Positions 38,456 through 49,300 of a stretch of 64,000 nucleotides of DNA are shown here, piece by piece (the first letter of the stretch is position 1; each line of letters starts with the position of its first letter). This DNA is from Candidatus Obscuribacteraceae bacterium (GTDB taxonomy: Bacteria; Cyanobacteriota; Vampirovibrionia; Obscuribacterales; Obscuribacteraceae): positions 1,184,001-1,248,000 of the forward strand of contig JBGAHS010000001.1 in assembly GCA_044226015.1 (NCBI GenBank), read 5' to 3'. The notes beneath the pieces were generated by a model, which saw only the letters and a program-made list of their open reading frames with translations, searched no databases and had not been told where the DNA came from. The position numbers were made by a program, and so were the translations under genes.

Positions 38456-39181
38456 TTACTTTAGAAGCAATGGTAAGACTTTTTCTGCCGGACCGATTAC
38501 TTCGCGGTCAAACGATTTATTTGGTGTTGAAAGCTTTTCTATGTTGACTAAGACAGTGTATGCGCCTGCATACTTTGCCCACTCAACAAATCGGGCTGCC
38601 GGGTCTACTTTGCCGGAGGTGCCGATTGCGATGAAAAGGTCGCAGTCTCGCAACGCTTTCTTTGTTTTCCATTCTGCATCAAGCGGTAGCATTTCGCCGA
38701 AAAGCACTATGTCCGGACGAAGTGGTGCCGAACATAACTCGCAGATTGCTACTTGACCAGAGTAAGCATTTTCGTCTTCGAACATAGCTTTGCTGCATTT
38801 CTCGTTTGAGCATTTTGTGCGAAAGAGCGAGCCGTGAAGTTCAACAACATCAGTGCTGCCTGCTCTTTGGTGCAGGTTATCTACATTCTGTGTAATAAGG
38901 ACGAATTGCTGATGTGGTTCAATGTGTTTCTCCCATTGTGCCAGAGAAATATGTGCTTCATTTGGTGCTGCTTCCAGTGTTTTGTTTTTTAATTTTCCCC
39001 AAAAGTCCCAAAATTCCTGGGCTGCGCTGCTAATTCTGTCTGGTCCTGAGAGCTTTAAAACTTCGGGGTCGTTCCAGATTGCATTGTCTCCACTTCTGAA
39101 GGTTGGCAAGCCTGAGCCGGCTGAGACTCCAGCGCCAGTCAAAACCACAATCTTCTTATATTGTTTCAACGAGATGGACAT
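38456..39181 (-). CDS. cobB: NAD-dependent protein deacylase (sirtuin)
   Basis: LTGAGVSAGSGLPTFR, ITQNVDNLHQRAGS, ELHGS, zinc-binding Cys, LRPDIVLFGE, IGTSG. Confidence 0.93.
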   Translation of the reverse strand: MSISLKQYKKIVVLTGAGVSAGSGLPTFRSGDNAIWNDPEVLKLSGPDRISSAAQEFWDFWGKLKNKTLEAAPNEAHISLAQWEKHIEPHQQFVLITQNVDNLHQRAGSTDVVELHGSLFRTKCSNEKCSKAMFEDENAYSGQVAICELCSAPLRPDIVLFGEMLPLDAEWKTKKALRDCDLFIAIGTSGKVDPAARFVEWAKYAGAYTVLVNIEKLSTPNKSFDREVIGPAEKVLPLLLK

Positions 39182-39246
39182 GCTGACTCTTATCACGCGA
39201 GTAATAGATTTATCAAACCCAACCGCTGGTTCAATCAAACAGCAGG

Positions 39247-40554
39247 CTAATGTGGCGGAGTGCTGAAGCTTTGGTTCAATGCGCTCAATTGCTGAAAGTA
39301 TTTGCTCTTCTTTGCTTGCCCATAAAGCATATTCCAAAACTGTTCTTTGCTGATTTCTTTTTGCGATGATGGCAATTTTTCATTTGCGCCCGAAGTTACG
39401 ATCAAGAGTTTTGTTTTGCCTGGATAGAGCTTCTCTAAAATTCTCTTTGCTGTGTCTGCATTGCCCTGATACACAAGCTTTATTAGGTCTCTCCATACAA
39501 AAGGAATCATGACTCGGTAATTCGTCGCCTTTTGATACTTAGAAATTTCGACTTCAGCTTGTAAAACATACAGATTGAAGTTTTCCGCGCTGGTTGGTTT
39601 GTATCTCGTGAATTTTGCGCTCGGCTTGTAGGTCTTAGAATCAAGGACAATTTCCGGGTAAATGGAATCGGCGTCGGAAGAATCAAGCCACATTGCAAAG
39701 GCATCGTCTTTGATGAGTAGCTCGAATCGCTTGTCTTTATCTATGTCTGTAAATTCTGGTTCGATTACTTTTTGGTCGAAAGTGCATTTCAAAACATCAG
39801 TGCCATCAAGCTTGAAAATCTGTAGCCGTTCCGCTGGATGGCCGCCCGCTTCCGAAATCTCTTGTATTACTAGCTCGGGTTTTCCGTCGTAATCTAAGTC
39901 TCTGGCAACAGGAATTTCATTCGTCGTTATATTTCCTAGTGGATCCACAAATGCGTAGTGTGGCTCGCATAACCCCTGCCATCTTGGTAGCTCTTTCTTT
40001 AGTAAAAGCTTTCGCTTGCGAAATAGCTTTATGTTCACAGGACAATCATCGCAATTTTCGAACCAAGCTCGGTAATCAGCTAGCGTGCCCTCTTTCTGCA
40101 ATATCTTGTGCTCAATCGGCTCTCCTAATGGAGATACGCTGTATGTTTGTTCTTCTAGAGATTTACACTTGAAGTATGGTGGTGTTTTATACTCCATTGA
40201 ATTTCTGGAAGCAGTGACTTGAATACGTAGTCCATTTGGAAATTCTCTTGGAGGTGCTTGGAATGGTCTCAGTTTGCTGATTCTATCCGTAAAGTATTTG
40301 TTAACAGCAGCGAAGTTCGACTCGGTAATGAAACTCCATTTCGCAATCCGTCCGTGTTTGTCAATTTCGAAAAGTAACACAACATTGATAGGGTAGGCTG
40401 CCAATTCCTTTTCGTCCATGATGTGGCTTACTTGCTTTTCCACTAAGCTGACGTATTGCACTTGCTTTGTCTGCGAATCGGCCTGGCAGTTGGCTGGAAG
40501 AAAATAAAGGACACAAAGGGAAATTAGCCCGCTGCTTATAAGAATGTCCTTCAC
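39247..40554 (-). CDS. Secreted protein with a TonB-C-terminal-like domain and DxDxDG calcium-blade-like motifs
   Basis: Signal peptide after the GTG at 40554; FEIDKHG...PFQAPP; DLDYDGKPELVI, DIDKDKRFELLI. Confidence 0.65.
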   Translation of the reverse strand: MKDILISSGLISLCVLYFLPANCQADSQTKQVQYVSLVEKQVSHIMDEKELAAYPINVVLLFEIDKHGRIAKWSFITESNFAAVNKYFTDRISKLRPFQAPPREFPNGLRIQVTASRNSMEYKTPPYFKCKSLEEQTYSVSPLGEPIEHKILQKEGTLADYRAWFENCDDCPVNIKLFRKRKLLLKKELPRWQGLCEPHYAFVDPLGNITTNEIPVARDLDYDGKPELVIQEISEAGGHPAERLQIFKLDGTDVLKCTFDQKVIEPEFTDIDKDKRFELLIKDDAFAMWLDSSDADSIYPEIVLDSKTYKPSAKFTRYKPTSAENFNLYVLQAEVEISKYQKATNYRVMIPFVWRDLIKLVYQGNADTAKRILEKLYPGKTKLLIVTSGANEKLPSSQKEISKEQFWNMLYGQAKKSKYFQQLSALNQSFSTPPH

Positions 40555-40760
40555 GTTCCACCCTCTGTCGATTTCTGCCTGCAAGAGTAAACCACGTTGT
40601 GTCAAAAAATAGGCGAGAAGTCTTTTCAAAAGAACTGTACCGTAGTTTAAAAGTGTCGGTCTCGGCGCTATCCATTCAGTTAGAGCCACTTAATCAGGCT
40701 TCTGCAGGAATAAGTGTGAAGCTGAAAGTTATTGCTGAGTAAGGTATTACTCAATTTAAT

Positions 40761-40814
40761 CAATCCCCCCTGGGGGGTTGTGTATAATCTTCGATGAAAC
40801 CCCCTGGGGGGGAT
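40761..40814 (+). promoter_or_regulatory. Promoter with two C-tract/G-tract palindromes (CsoR/RcnR/InrS-type operators)
   Basis: CAAT-C6-T-G6-TTG (40761-40780), TATAAT (40783-40788), C5-T-G7 (40800-40812). Confidence 0.75.
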
Positions 40815-40846
40815 CTGGAAATCAATACCTTATAAGGAGTAATCAA

Positions 40847-40993
40847 ATGAAGAAGGTAGTTCTTTTCGCTATTGCAGCAATCACATTGTCAGTTGGCGCG
40901 TTCAGCGCAAAAGCATATGCAGATAAAACAAACGCAAATTCCTGCTGTGTTCAAAACGCTGCCTGCTGTCCAGCTAGCGCTTGCTGCAAGTAA
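40847..40993 (+). CDS. Secreted Cys-rich micro-peptide, copy 1 (48 aa)
   Basis: AAGGAG RBS; MKKVVLFAIAAITLSVGAFSAKAYA-DKTNANSCCVQNAACCPASACCK. Confidence 0.88.
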   Translation: MKKVVLFAIAAITLSVGAFSAKAYADKTNANSCCVQNAACCPASACCK

Positions 40994-41027
40994 TCAATCA
41001 AACCAAATAACTCAAAGGAGAAAATAA

Positions 41028-41174
41028 ATGAAAAAAGTAATTCTATTTGCACTCGCTGCAGTAACACTTTCAGTTGGCGCTTTCGGCGCTAAAGCATATG
41101 CAGATAAAGCTAATGCAAATTCATGCTGCGTAAAGAACGCTGCCTGCTGCCCAGCTAGCGCTTGCTGCAAATAA
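41028..41174 (+). CDS. Secreted Cys-rich micro-peptide, copy 2 (48 aa), not in the ORF track
   Basis: AAGGAG RBS; MKKVILFALAAVTLSVGAFGAKAYA-DKANANSCCVKNAACCPASACCK. Confidence 0.88.
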   Translation: MKKVILFALAAVTLSVGAFGAKAYADKANANSCCVKNAACCPASACCK

Positions 41175-41193
41175 GAGAACCGGACTTAGAGAA

Positions 41194-41646
41194 ATGATTT
41201 CCACTAGCACTATCTGGAATAAATTGATTCGTATCTTCTGCAGTCTAACACTGCTCTGGTTTGCCGTGCCGAAGCATGATTGCTTTTGCAGCAACCTTAC
41301 AGAGACCCGTGTTGAAGCGCATGAAAGCATGCCATGCTGCAAGAAAGAAGAAGCGGAGTCAACGCCAGATTGTTGCAAGAAACATGTCGTTTCTGCCCAG
41401 AATGAAAAGTCTGGAACAGAACTGAGTTCTGACTCCTGCAGTTGTGCTCCCGAAAGAGCCCTGCCAGGTGACACCAGAAAAACCAATACCAGTGCCCAGC
41501 TCGATCTTTCAAGTGATGTTGATATTGCGTTCATGCAATTGCAGGAACCAATGATGTCAACCGTATCTTTGCGAGATGCTGAGTTGCAAAACGATGTATT
41601 GAAGCCTAGAAAATTATTCCTGCTCAAGTGTGCATTGCTGAATTAA
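41194..41646 (+). CDS. Cys-rich putative metal-binding membrane-anchored protein
   Basis: N-terminal hydrophobic segment, HDCFC, PCCKK, DCCKKH, SCSC, C-terminal LFLLKCALLN. Confidence 0.7.
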   Translation: MISTSTIWNKLIRIFCSLTLLWFAVPKHDCFCSNLTETRVEAHESMPCCKKEEAESTPDCCKKHVVSAQNEKSGTELSSDSCSCAPERALPGDTRKTNTSAQLDLSSDVDIAFMQLQEPMMSTVSLRDAELQNDVLKPRKLFLLKCALLN

Positions 41647-41678
41647 ACAGATGCTAAAAAAGCAATATTGAATTCATC

Positions 41679-41708
41679 AATGCCGGCGCGAGTCGGCATT
41701 TCCTTTTT
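41679..41708 (+). terminator. Intrinsic terminator of the Cys-peptide operon
   Basis: AATGCCGGC-GCGA-GTCGGCATT stem followed by TCCTTTTT. Confidence 0.65.
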
Positions 41709-41721
41709 ATACCCGTATTTT

Positions 41722-43074
41722 TTATGTCTGGTTGTTGTTCGCAAGAGGCTGCGATTGCACCGCTTCGCCTTCCTGGAGATCGTCAGAGGGGCTAACAACA
41801 ACTGTTTCGCCGCCGCTTAATCCAACTCTGATTTCTACCTCATCACCGTAATCGCGGCCCATTGTTATTGGTTGATAATGAGCCTTGCCATCTTTCACTG
41901 TGACAACATACAAACCATCCGTGCGTGTAACTATTGTGGTGCCCGGAACGCGAATCCAAGGTTCTGAACGTAAGGTGCCGAGCTTAATTTCGGCATACAT
42001 GCCAGGCAGAAGTGTGTGGTCTTTGTTTTCGATTTTTATTTCTGTTTGTCTGGTTCTTGTATTTGGGTCGAGCGCTCCACTAACGTTTGTCACCTTGCCT
42101 TCGAATTTTCGCTCTGGATATTCTGGCACCAGAATGTCCGCTGTCATGCCGTTGTGCAGATATCTTGCAACTCGCTGTGGAACACTGACGTAAATTCTCA
42201 GTGAGTCGATTTTTGCCATTTGATAAAGCTCGAGATTGCTTGACTGGCTACCTTTTGTAATGAGAGCTCCCGGGTCTACTTTACGCAGAGTGATGATTCC
42301 GTCGAAGGGAGCTAGAACTCTCTGGAAACCTTTTTCTGCAATGTACTTATCAACATCTGCCTGCTTTGCAAGAATGTTTGCTTTCGCTTCTTTGACCTCG
42401 GCCTTTGAAGCTTCTACTTGAGCGACAGCTGCTTTGTAATTAGCCTTTTGTTCATCTAATTCTGCTGTCGTGGTGTCAAGCGAGCGAACCTTTTCGTCGC
42501 GTGATTGCTGACTGACCGACCCTCTTTCGCACATGTCTTGCCAGCGTTTTGCTGTGATGGTGGCATACGCGACGTTGGCTTTTGACTTAGTTACAGCGGC
42601 TTCAGCCGTGTATTGTTTTGCAACCGATTCCTTTAGGTTTGCTTCCGACGTTTCGTAGGCAGCCTTCGCTTTTAGCAGGTCGGCTTGTGCCTGTTTGAGA
42701 TCCTCATCCACCGTTGGCGTATCTATAAGCGCGATGAGTTCGCCTTTCTTGACCTGATCTCCTATGTCTACAACTCGTTCGGTGAGGTAGCCGTCGACTC
42801 TAGCGTAGATTGTCGTATACTGTATTGCGCCTATGTTTCCCGGCAGTGTAATTGCTTCAGTATGGTTTGCTGGCGCCGCAGTCACCGTATGGACGATAGG
42901 AACTGCGTCCACAGTTTCAGCATGAGCCTTTTTCAGCTCACCCTCACGTTCGATTTTGGGAATCAGCCCCAGAGCAAACAAGGCTCCCAGTCCTATCACC
43001 AGAATAACGAGAAAAATTACCACTCCTGCGGAACTCTTCTTTTCTGGTCTGCTGTTGTATTGGTCCTCTGGCAT
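41722..43074 (-). CDS. RND efflux periplasmic adaptor (MFP)
   Basis: IYARVDGYL...VDIGDQVKKG, APFDGIIT, LLPGMYA. Confidence 0.93.
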   Translation of the reverse strand: MPEDQYNSRPEKKSSAGVVIFLVILVIGLGALFALGLIPKIEREGELKKAHAETVDAVPIVHTVTAAPANHTEAITLPGNIGAIQYTTIYARVDGYLTERVVDIGDQVKKGELIALIDTPTVDEDLKQAQADLLKAKAAYETSEANLKESVAKQYTAEAAVTKSKANVAYATITAKRWQDMCERGSVSQQSRDEKVRSLDTTTAELDEQKANYKAAVAQVEASKAEVKEAKANILAKQADVDKYIAEKGFQRVLAPFDGIITLRKVDPGALITKGSQSSNLELYQMAKIDSLRIYVSVPQRVARYLHNGMTADILVPEYPERKFEGKVTNVSGALDPNTRTRQTEIKIENKDHTLLPGMYAEIKLGTLRSEPWIRVPGTTIVTRTDGLYVVTVKDGKAHYQPITMGRDYGDEVEIRVGLSGGETVVVSPSDDLQEGEAVQSQPLANNNQT

Positions 43075-43122
43075 ATTGCCCTCTTCTTCAATCGTGGTGT
43101 GGAACTTGACTCGCTTCTAAAA

Positions 43123-46100
43123 TCATTCGCTTGGATGTGCCACCTCTGCTGTTGGCGCAGGTTTGTTGTGTTGCCTTCTCATCAGGCTGAAAATTAGAGG
43201 AACAAAAAATAGTGTCGAGAAGGTTGCGACCATCAACCCGCCGATGACAGCGCGCCCGATTGGTGCGTTCTGAGAGCCGCCCTGACCGCCCCCGATAGCC
43301 ATTGGAATCATTCCTATTATCATTGCCGTTGCGGTCATCATAACCGGGCGGAAGCGCTGATAACCGGCGTTCAGTGCAGCGTTGAATCCGTCGTAACCCT
43401 CAGCGCGCTGTTCGTTTGCAAACGTGACCATAAGAATACTGTTAGCAGAAGCAACCCCAATGGTCATGATTGTGCCCATCAGAGCTGGAATGCTGAAGGT
43501 CGTTTGCGTGACGTACAAGCTCCACAAAATGCCAGAGAAGGCGCCAGGAATAGCCATCAAAATTATGAGCGGGTCGGTCCATGATTGGAAATTCACAACG
43601 AGTAGGAGGTAAACGAGCACCATTGCAAAGATTAGTCCAAAGAGCAAAGCCTCGAAAGCTGTAACCATGCTCTTCACCTGACCGCCCATTTCCAGAAAGC
43701 TTCCGCGTGGAAGATTCGGGCGAAACTCTTGCATAACTTTCTTTATATCGCGAGCGACACCGCCGAGGTCACGGTCCTGGCAAGCGGCGTACACATCATA
43801 GACTGGTTGCGCATTTAAGTGATTCACTACCTGCGGTGTTGCCTTGCGCTCAGGAACTGCCACGTTGGTGAGCATTTCAGGCTGGAATTTTTCAGATTGC
43901 TTTGCCATAGCATCCGCCTGGTTGCCCGCCTGTGGCGTGACCGCCATGGTTCGCAGAACATCCAGAGAGTTATTCACGTACTGAGGCGTGTACGCGGCCA
44001 TGTTGTAGTTTACGCCATTCTTGGTATTGAGCCAGAAATTTGGTGCAACCTGGAAGCTATTGCTCAAGGTTACAAGCGCAGAATTTGAGATATCCTTTTG
44101 CGTCAGCCCAAGTTGATTTGCTCTGGTCCGGTCAACATTGTAGACGTACTGCGGTGCGTTTACAATTTGATGAACGCAGACATCGACGGCGCCAGGAATT
44201 TTTGCCACTCTTCGTTTGAGTTCTTGAGCAACCTTGTAGTTCTTCTCTGGGTCAAGCCCCGTGAGTCTTATGTCGATTGGTGCTGGCAATCCTGCGTTGA
44301 GAATTTGCGTGACGATATCCGCAGGTTGGAAATAATAGGTAACTTCTGGAAAGTCGTGTGTCAGCATTTTGCGAACTTGTTTTTGATACCAGACCGTATC
44401 GTGCTTCCTTTCTTCGGTTAGTGAAACCAGTATTTCGCCATCGGCTTCGCTTACTGTCTGACAATCAGAGAAGGCATAGTTAATGCCGCTTACAGGCATA
44501 CCGATGTTATCGGTGACCATGATGATTTCTTCTGCAGGAATGATTTTTCTAATTGCAGCTTCAATGCGCTTATAAATACGTTCGGTTTCTTCGACTCTCG
44601 TTCCTGGTCGAGCGTTGACGTGAAGCCTTAGCTGCCCCGCATCAATTGCTGGGAAGAAGTCCTCCCCGATGTGAGGTAGCAAAAAGAAGGAAATTGCGTA
44701 GAAGCCAAGGAAAAGTCCAAGCCCGATGGCGGGTCTGTGTAGCATCCACTCCAGCCCGTGCCGATAGATTTCGCGTGCGTGCTCAAACCTATCATCTATG
44801 AATTTGTGAATGGCTCCAAAAAAGGATATTTTCTTTGGACCCGGTTCATGCTTTTGCTCATGCTCATGGGCAAGCAAGGCTTTCGACATCAGCGGTACAA
44901 CGGTTCTCGACAGTCCATAAGATGCGAGCATCGCGAACACGACAGCCATTCCTAACGGCACGAAAAGTGAGCGCGAAGGCTCTGTCAAAAACACGACTGG
45001 CACAAACACAATACAAATTGACAAGGTGGACACCATCGCAGGTAGTGCCACTTGTTCTGCCCCGTCAAGAATCGCTTTGACGATGTCTTTACCCATATCC
45101 ATATTGCGGTGAACGTTTTCAATTTCAACTGTCGCGTCATCAACGAGCATGCCTACTGCCAGAGCAAGCCCGCCCAGAGTCATAGAATTGATAGTCTGAC
45201 CGCAAATATGCATACCTATAATTGAACAGAGCATTGCTAGCGGAATTGATGTCGCAACAATGAGTGTGCTGCGCCAACTGCCGAGCAGCGCTAACATCAT
45301 CAACGCCGTCAAGCCCGCTGCTGTAACCGCTTCTCTTATTACGTCAGCAACGCACTCTTTTACAAAAACGGACTGGTCTGTCATCAGGGAAATCTGGCAT
45401 TCTTTAGGAACTATCGCCTGAATTCGTGGAAGGGCTTCTTTGATTCGATTTACAACTGCCAATGTCGAAGCATCCCCGTTTTTGAGAATGCTGAATAAAA
45501 CCGCTCTGCGCCCATCTTTATTGACGATATTCAGCTGCGGCTGGTAGCCATCATGAGCGTTAGCCACATCTCTGACAAAAACAACAGCACCCTTGTATGA
45601 CTTGATGGGAATTTGGTTCAGCTGCTCGATGGCATTCGGAATATTGTTCAAGGTCATTATGTACTCATACGTTCCCATCTTTGCTGTTCCGCTGGGAGCG
45701 ATGATGCTCTGGTTGTTGATTGCTTGAACTACATCATTGGCAGACAATCCTGTGGCAACTAATGCTGCTGGATTCAAATCGATCATGACCTGCCTGTATT
45801 TACCGCCCGAGGGGAAGGGGATTGTTGCCCCTTGGATTGTTGCCAACTGCAGTCGTACGAAGTTCTGTGCGATGTCGAATAGCTGTGCTTCGGAGAGTGT
45901 TTTGCTTCCAATCTGTAATTGCAAGACTGGCACATCTGTTGCGCTTGAAACTGTGACGAATGGTGGTGTTATGGACGGTGGCAGGTAGTTGATGACCGCG
46001 TTGCCGACAGATGTCACCATTGCGACGGCTTCACCAATATCGGTGCCTTTGTGCAAGTAAATCTTGATGACCGACATTCCGCTGAGAGACATCGACTCCA

Positions 46101-46341
46101 TGCGCTCAATGCCGTTTACCGTTGAAGTGAGCCATGTTTCTGTAACTGTTGTTACCAGGTTTTCCACGTAATACGGCGACATGCCTGTATAGGTCCAGAT
46201 GCAGCTTACGATAGGTACATCGATTGTCGGAAAGATGTCCACCGCCATTTGCGCCAGCGATAGAACGCCGAAGATTGCAATGGACAACGCCATAACAATG
46301 AAGGTATGCGGTCTAGTCAGGGCAAGCTCAACAATCCACAT
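43123..46341 (-). CDS. RND permease subunit (AcrB/MdtB-like), paralog 2
   Basis: INSMTLGGLALAVGMLVDDATVEIEN, RFRPVMMTA. Confidence 0.95.
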   Translation of the reverse strand: MWIVELALTRPHTFIVMALSIAIFGVLSLAQMAVDIFPTIDVPIVSCIWTYTGMSPYYVENLVTTVTETWLTSTVNGIERMESMSLSGMSVIKIYLHKGTDIGEAVAMVTSVGNAVINYLPPSITPPFVTVSSATDVPVLQLQIGSKTLSEAQLFDIAQNFVRLQLATIQGATIPFPSGGKYRQVMIDLNPAALVATGLSANDVVQAINNQSIIAPSGTAKMGTYEYIMTLNNIPNAIEQLNQIPIKSYKGAVVFVRDVANAHDGYQPQLNIVNKDGRRAVLFSILKNGDASTLAVVNRIKEALPRIQAIVPKECQISLMTDQSVFVKECVADVIREAVTAAGLTALMMLALLGSWRSTLIVATSIPLAMLCSIIGMHICGQTINSMTLGGLALAVGMLVDDATVEIENVHRNMDMGKDIVKAILDGAEQVALPAMVSTLSICIVFVPVVFLTEPSRSLFVPLGMAVVFAMLASYGLSRTVVPLMSKALLAHEHEQKHEPGPKKISFFGAIHKFIDDRFEHAREIYRHGLEWMLHRPAIGLGLFLGFYAISFFLLPHIGEDFFPAIDAGQLRLHVNARPGTRVEETERIYKRIEAAIRKIIPAEEIIMVTDNIGMPVSGINYAFSDCQTVSEADGEILVSLTEERKHDTVWYQKQVRKMLTHDFPEVTYYFQPADIVTQILNAGLPAPIDIRLTGLDPEKNYKVAQELKRRVAKIPGAVDVCVHQIVNAPQYVYNVDRTRANQLGLTQKDISNSALVTLSNSFQVAPNFWLNTKNGVNYNMAAYTPQYVNNSLDVLRTMAVTPQAGNQADAMAKQSEKFQPEMLTNVAVPERKATPQVVNHLNAQPVYDVYAACQDRDLGGVARDIKKVMQEFRPNLPRGSFLEMGGQVKSMVTAFEALLFGLIFAMVLVYLLLVVNFQSWTDPLIILMAIPGAFSGILWSLYVTQTTFSIPALMGTIMTIGVASANSILMVTFANEQRAEGYDGFNAALNAGYQRFRPVMMTATAMIIGMIPMAIGGGQGGSQNAPIGRAVIGGLMVATFSTLFFVPLIFSLMRRQHNKPAPTAEVAHPSE

Positions 46342-46342
46342 G

Positions 46343-49300
46343 CTAGACTCCTCCTTCCGTAATTGTCGTGTTGGCTTTTGTCTTGGTGCCTTTTCTCGTC
46401 AGGCTGAATATGAGAGGCACAAATAAGAGTGTCGAAAAGGTCGCAACGCTTAACCCGCCGATAACTGCGCGACCAATAGGGGCGTTTTGTGAGCCGCCTT
46501 CTCCCGCGCCGATAGCCATCGGAATCATACCGATTATCATTGCAGTGGCGGTCATGATGACTGGGCGAAACCGCTGGTAGCCCGCGTTCAATGCTGCGTT
46601 GAACCCGTCGTAGCCTTCATCGCGCTGCTCGTTTGCGAAAGTTACCATCAAAATGCTGTTTGCCGATGCTACGCCAATAGTCATTATTGCTCCCATTAGA
46701 GCTGGAATGCTGAAGGTCGTTTGTGTGATGAAGAGGCTCCACACAATGCCGCTGAGAGCACCAGGAATCGCCATCAATATGATTAGCGGGTCTGTCCAAG
46801 ATTGGAAATTCACAACCAGAAGTAAATACACCAATAGAACAGCGAAGGCTAAGCCGCCGAGTAGGGCAATAAAAGCCATGTTCATGCTGAAGACTTGACC
46901 TGCCAGGAAAATGAAAGAGCCGCGTACGTTGTTCTTGGTTGCCTCGGCTTTGTGCTTTTCCACTATGGCGCGTATGTCTTTTGAAACGGCTCCTAAATCG
47001 CGGTCCTGACAGTCTGCGTAAATGTCATAGCAGGGCTGTACATTTAAATGATTTATGACGATCGGGGTAGTGCTGCGCACTGGTACAGCTAAGTTTGTCA
47101 GTACGGGGGGCTGTTCGGGAATCTGAGTTTGGGTCGGCTGGGTAGGGTTGATCGGCAGAACTCTCAGGTCATCTATCTTGCTCATTCGGTATGGTGGCAC
47201 GATGGTTGAGAGATTGTAATTGATTCTATTCTTTGTATTTAGCCAGAAGTTTGGTGAGGTCTGAAAGCTTGAACTCAAAGAAGTGAGCAGCGAAGTTGAG
47301 ATGTCCTTCTGGGTGACGCCCATTTGTTGTGCGCGTGTCCTATCAACTTTCCATTCCATGTGGGGTCCGTTGTTTATTTGATGAAGGCAAACATCGCAGG
47401 CACCGACAACCTGCTGAATTTCCTTCTTCATTTTCAATGCAAGATTGTAGTTGTGTTCCCTGTTCATGCCAAAGACTTTAACGTCGATTGGTGCGGGCAT
47501 ACCTGCGTTTAGAATTTGGGTGACGATATCAGCTGGCTGGAAGTAGAATGTCAATTCTGGAAACTCATCTTTCATGAGCTTGCGAACTTTCTTTTGATAC
47601 CACGATGTTCTGTGAGGGCGCTTTTCTGCGAGGCTTACGATAATTTCTCCATCTGATTCGCCCACTGTCTGGCTGTCCGACAGGGAGTAATTGATGGCAC
47701 TTACTGGAAGCCCGATGTTGTCTATGATTGATTCTATTTCTTCCGAGGAGAAGGTCTTACGAATCGCCTGCTCGACTTTTTTGAATTCTCGCTCTGTTTG
47801 CTCCAGTCGTGTTCCGGGTTTCGCATTTACGTGCAGTCTGAGCTGCCCTCCGTCGATTGTAGGGAAGTAGTCTTCACCTATTGTGGGAATCAAACAGAAG
47901 GACAACGCGTAGAAGACCAAAAAGATTGTCACTACAACTGGTGCGTTATGAAGCGCTAGTTCCAAAACAGATTTGTAGCGTTCTCGCAGCATTTCGAAAG
48001 TGCCATCAATAGCAAGGTGGATTTTTCGGAAGAAACCCGGTTCTTTTGTGCTCTGTTCTTCTCCTGCTCCATGATGTTCTTTCGCCAGCAACGCTTTAGA
48101 CATCAAGGGCACCACAGTGCGCGATAGCCCATATGAAGCCATCATGGCGATGGTCACTGCCATGCCCAGCGGCACAAAGAGTGAGCGTGAGGGCTCTGTC
48201 AAGAAAACCAGCGGAACAAATACGATACAAATCGACATCGTCGAAACCAGTGCGGGCACTGCGACTTGTTGTGCTCCGTCGAGGATAGCTGTAGTGATGT
48301 CTTTGCCCATAGCCATGTTTCGATGGACGTTTTCAATTTCCACTGTGGCATCGTCTACCAACATGCCGACCGCCAACGCAAGCCCACCCAGTGTCATCGA
48401 ATTGATTGTTTGTCCAAAAACGTTCAGACCTATGATTGCTGAAAGAATAGCCAGTGGAATTGATGTTGCAACAATCAATGTGCTGCGCCAGCTTCCCAGA
48501 AGAGCCAAGATCATGAGAGCCGTCAGCCCTGCCGCTGTTATCGCTTCTCGAACTACTTCGGACACGCATTCACGCACGAATGTCGATTGGTCTGTCAAAA
48601 TTTCAATGCGACAATCTTTCGGCACCAATTCGCGCAGGCGAGGCAGCATTCCTTTTAGCTGATTCACAACAGTTAGCGTCGAAGCTTTGCCACTCTTCAA
48701 AATGTTGAACATTACAGAGCGCTTGCCGTTTATGTTTACGATGTTTAGCTGAGGCTGATTACCGTCATGTACATTGGCTACATCTTTCAAAAAGACTACC
48801 GACCCTTTGTACGATTTTACCGGTATTTGGTTGAGCTTTTCGATTGAGTCTGGAATGTCGTTCAGGGTGACAATGTACTCGAATGATCCCATCTTCTGTG
48901 TGCCACTGGGATGCAAGACATTTTGTGAATTGATTACGTTGACGATAGCTGCTGGCGAAAGTCCTGTCGCATAGAGCGCTTGTGGGTTGAGGTCAACCAT
49001 GACCTGCCGATATTTTCCACCATAGGGAAATGGAATTCTGGCACCCTGCACCGTTGACAGTTGTCCCCTGATGAGATTATTCGCAATGTCAAACAAGACC
49101 GACTCGCTCAGAGAGTCGCTTTGAATTCCAAGCTGCAAAACAGGCACATCTGTTGCGCTCGATGCTGTCACAAATGGTGCGTTCAAACCACGGGGCAGCT
49201 GACGCAAGATTGCAGTGCCTACTGCTTCTACCATGGCGACGTTTTCGCCGATGTTTACTCCCTTATTTAAGTAGACCTTGATTACAGAGATTCCTGCAAG

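Noticed and set aside
20165..39181. NADAR and sirtuin as anti-phage NAD-related defence genes
   Set aside because: Both look like ordinary housekeeping YbiA and CobB types, are 18 kb apart and lack defence partners
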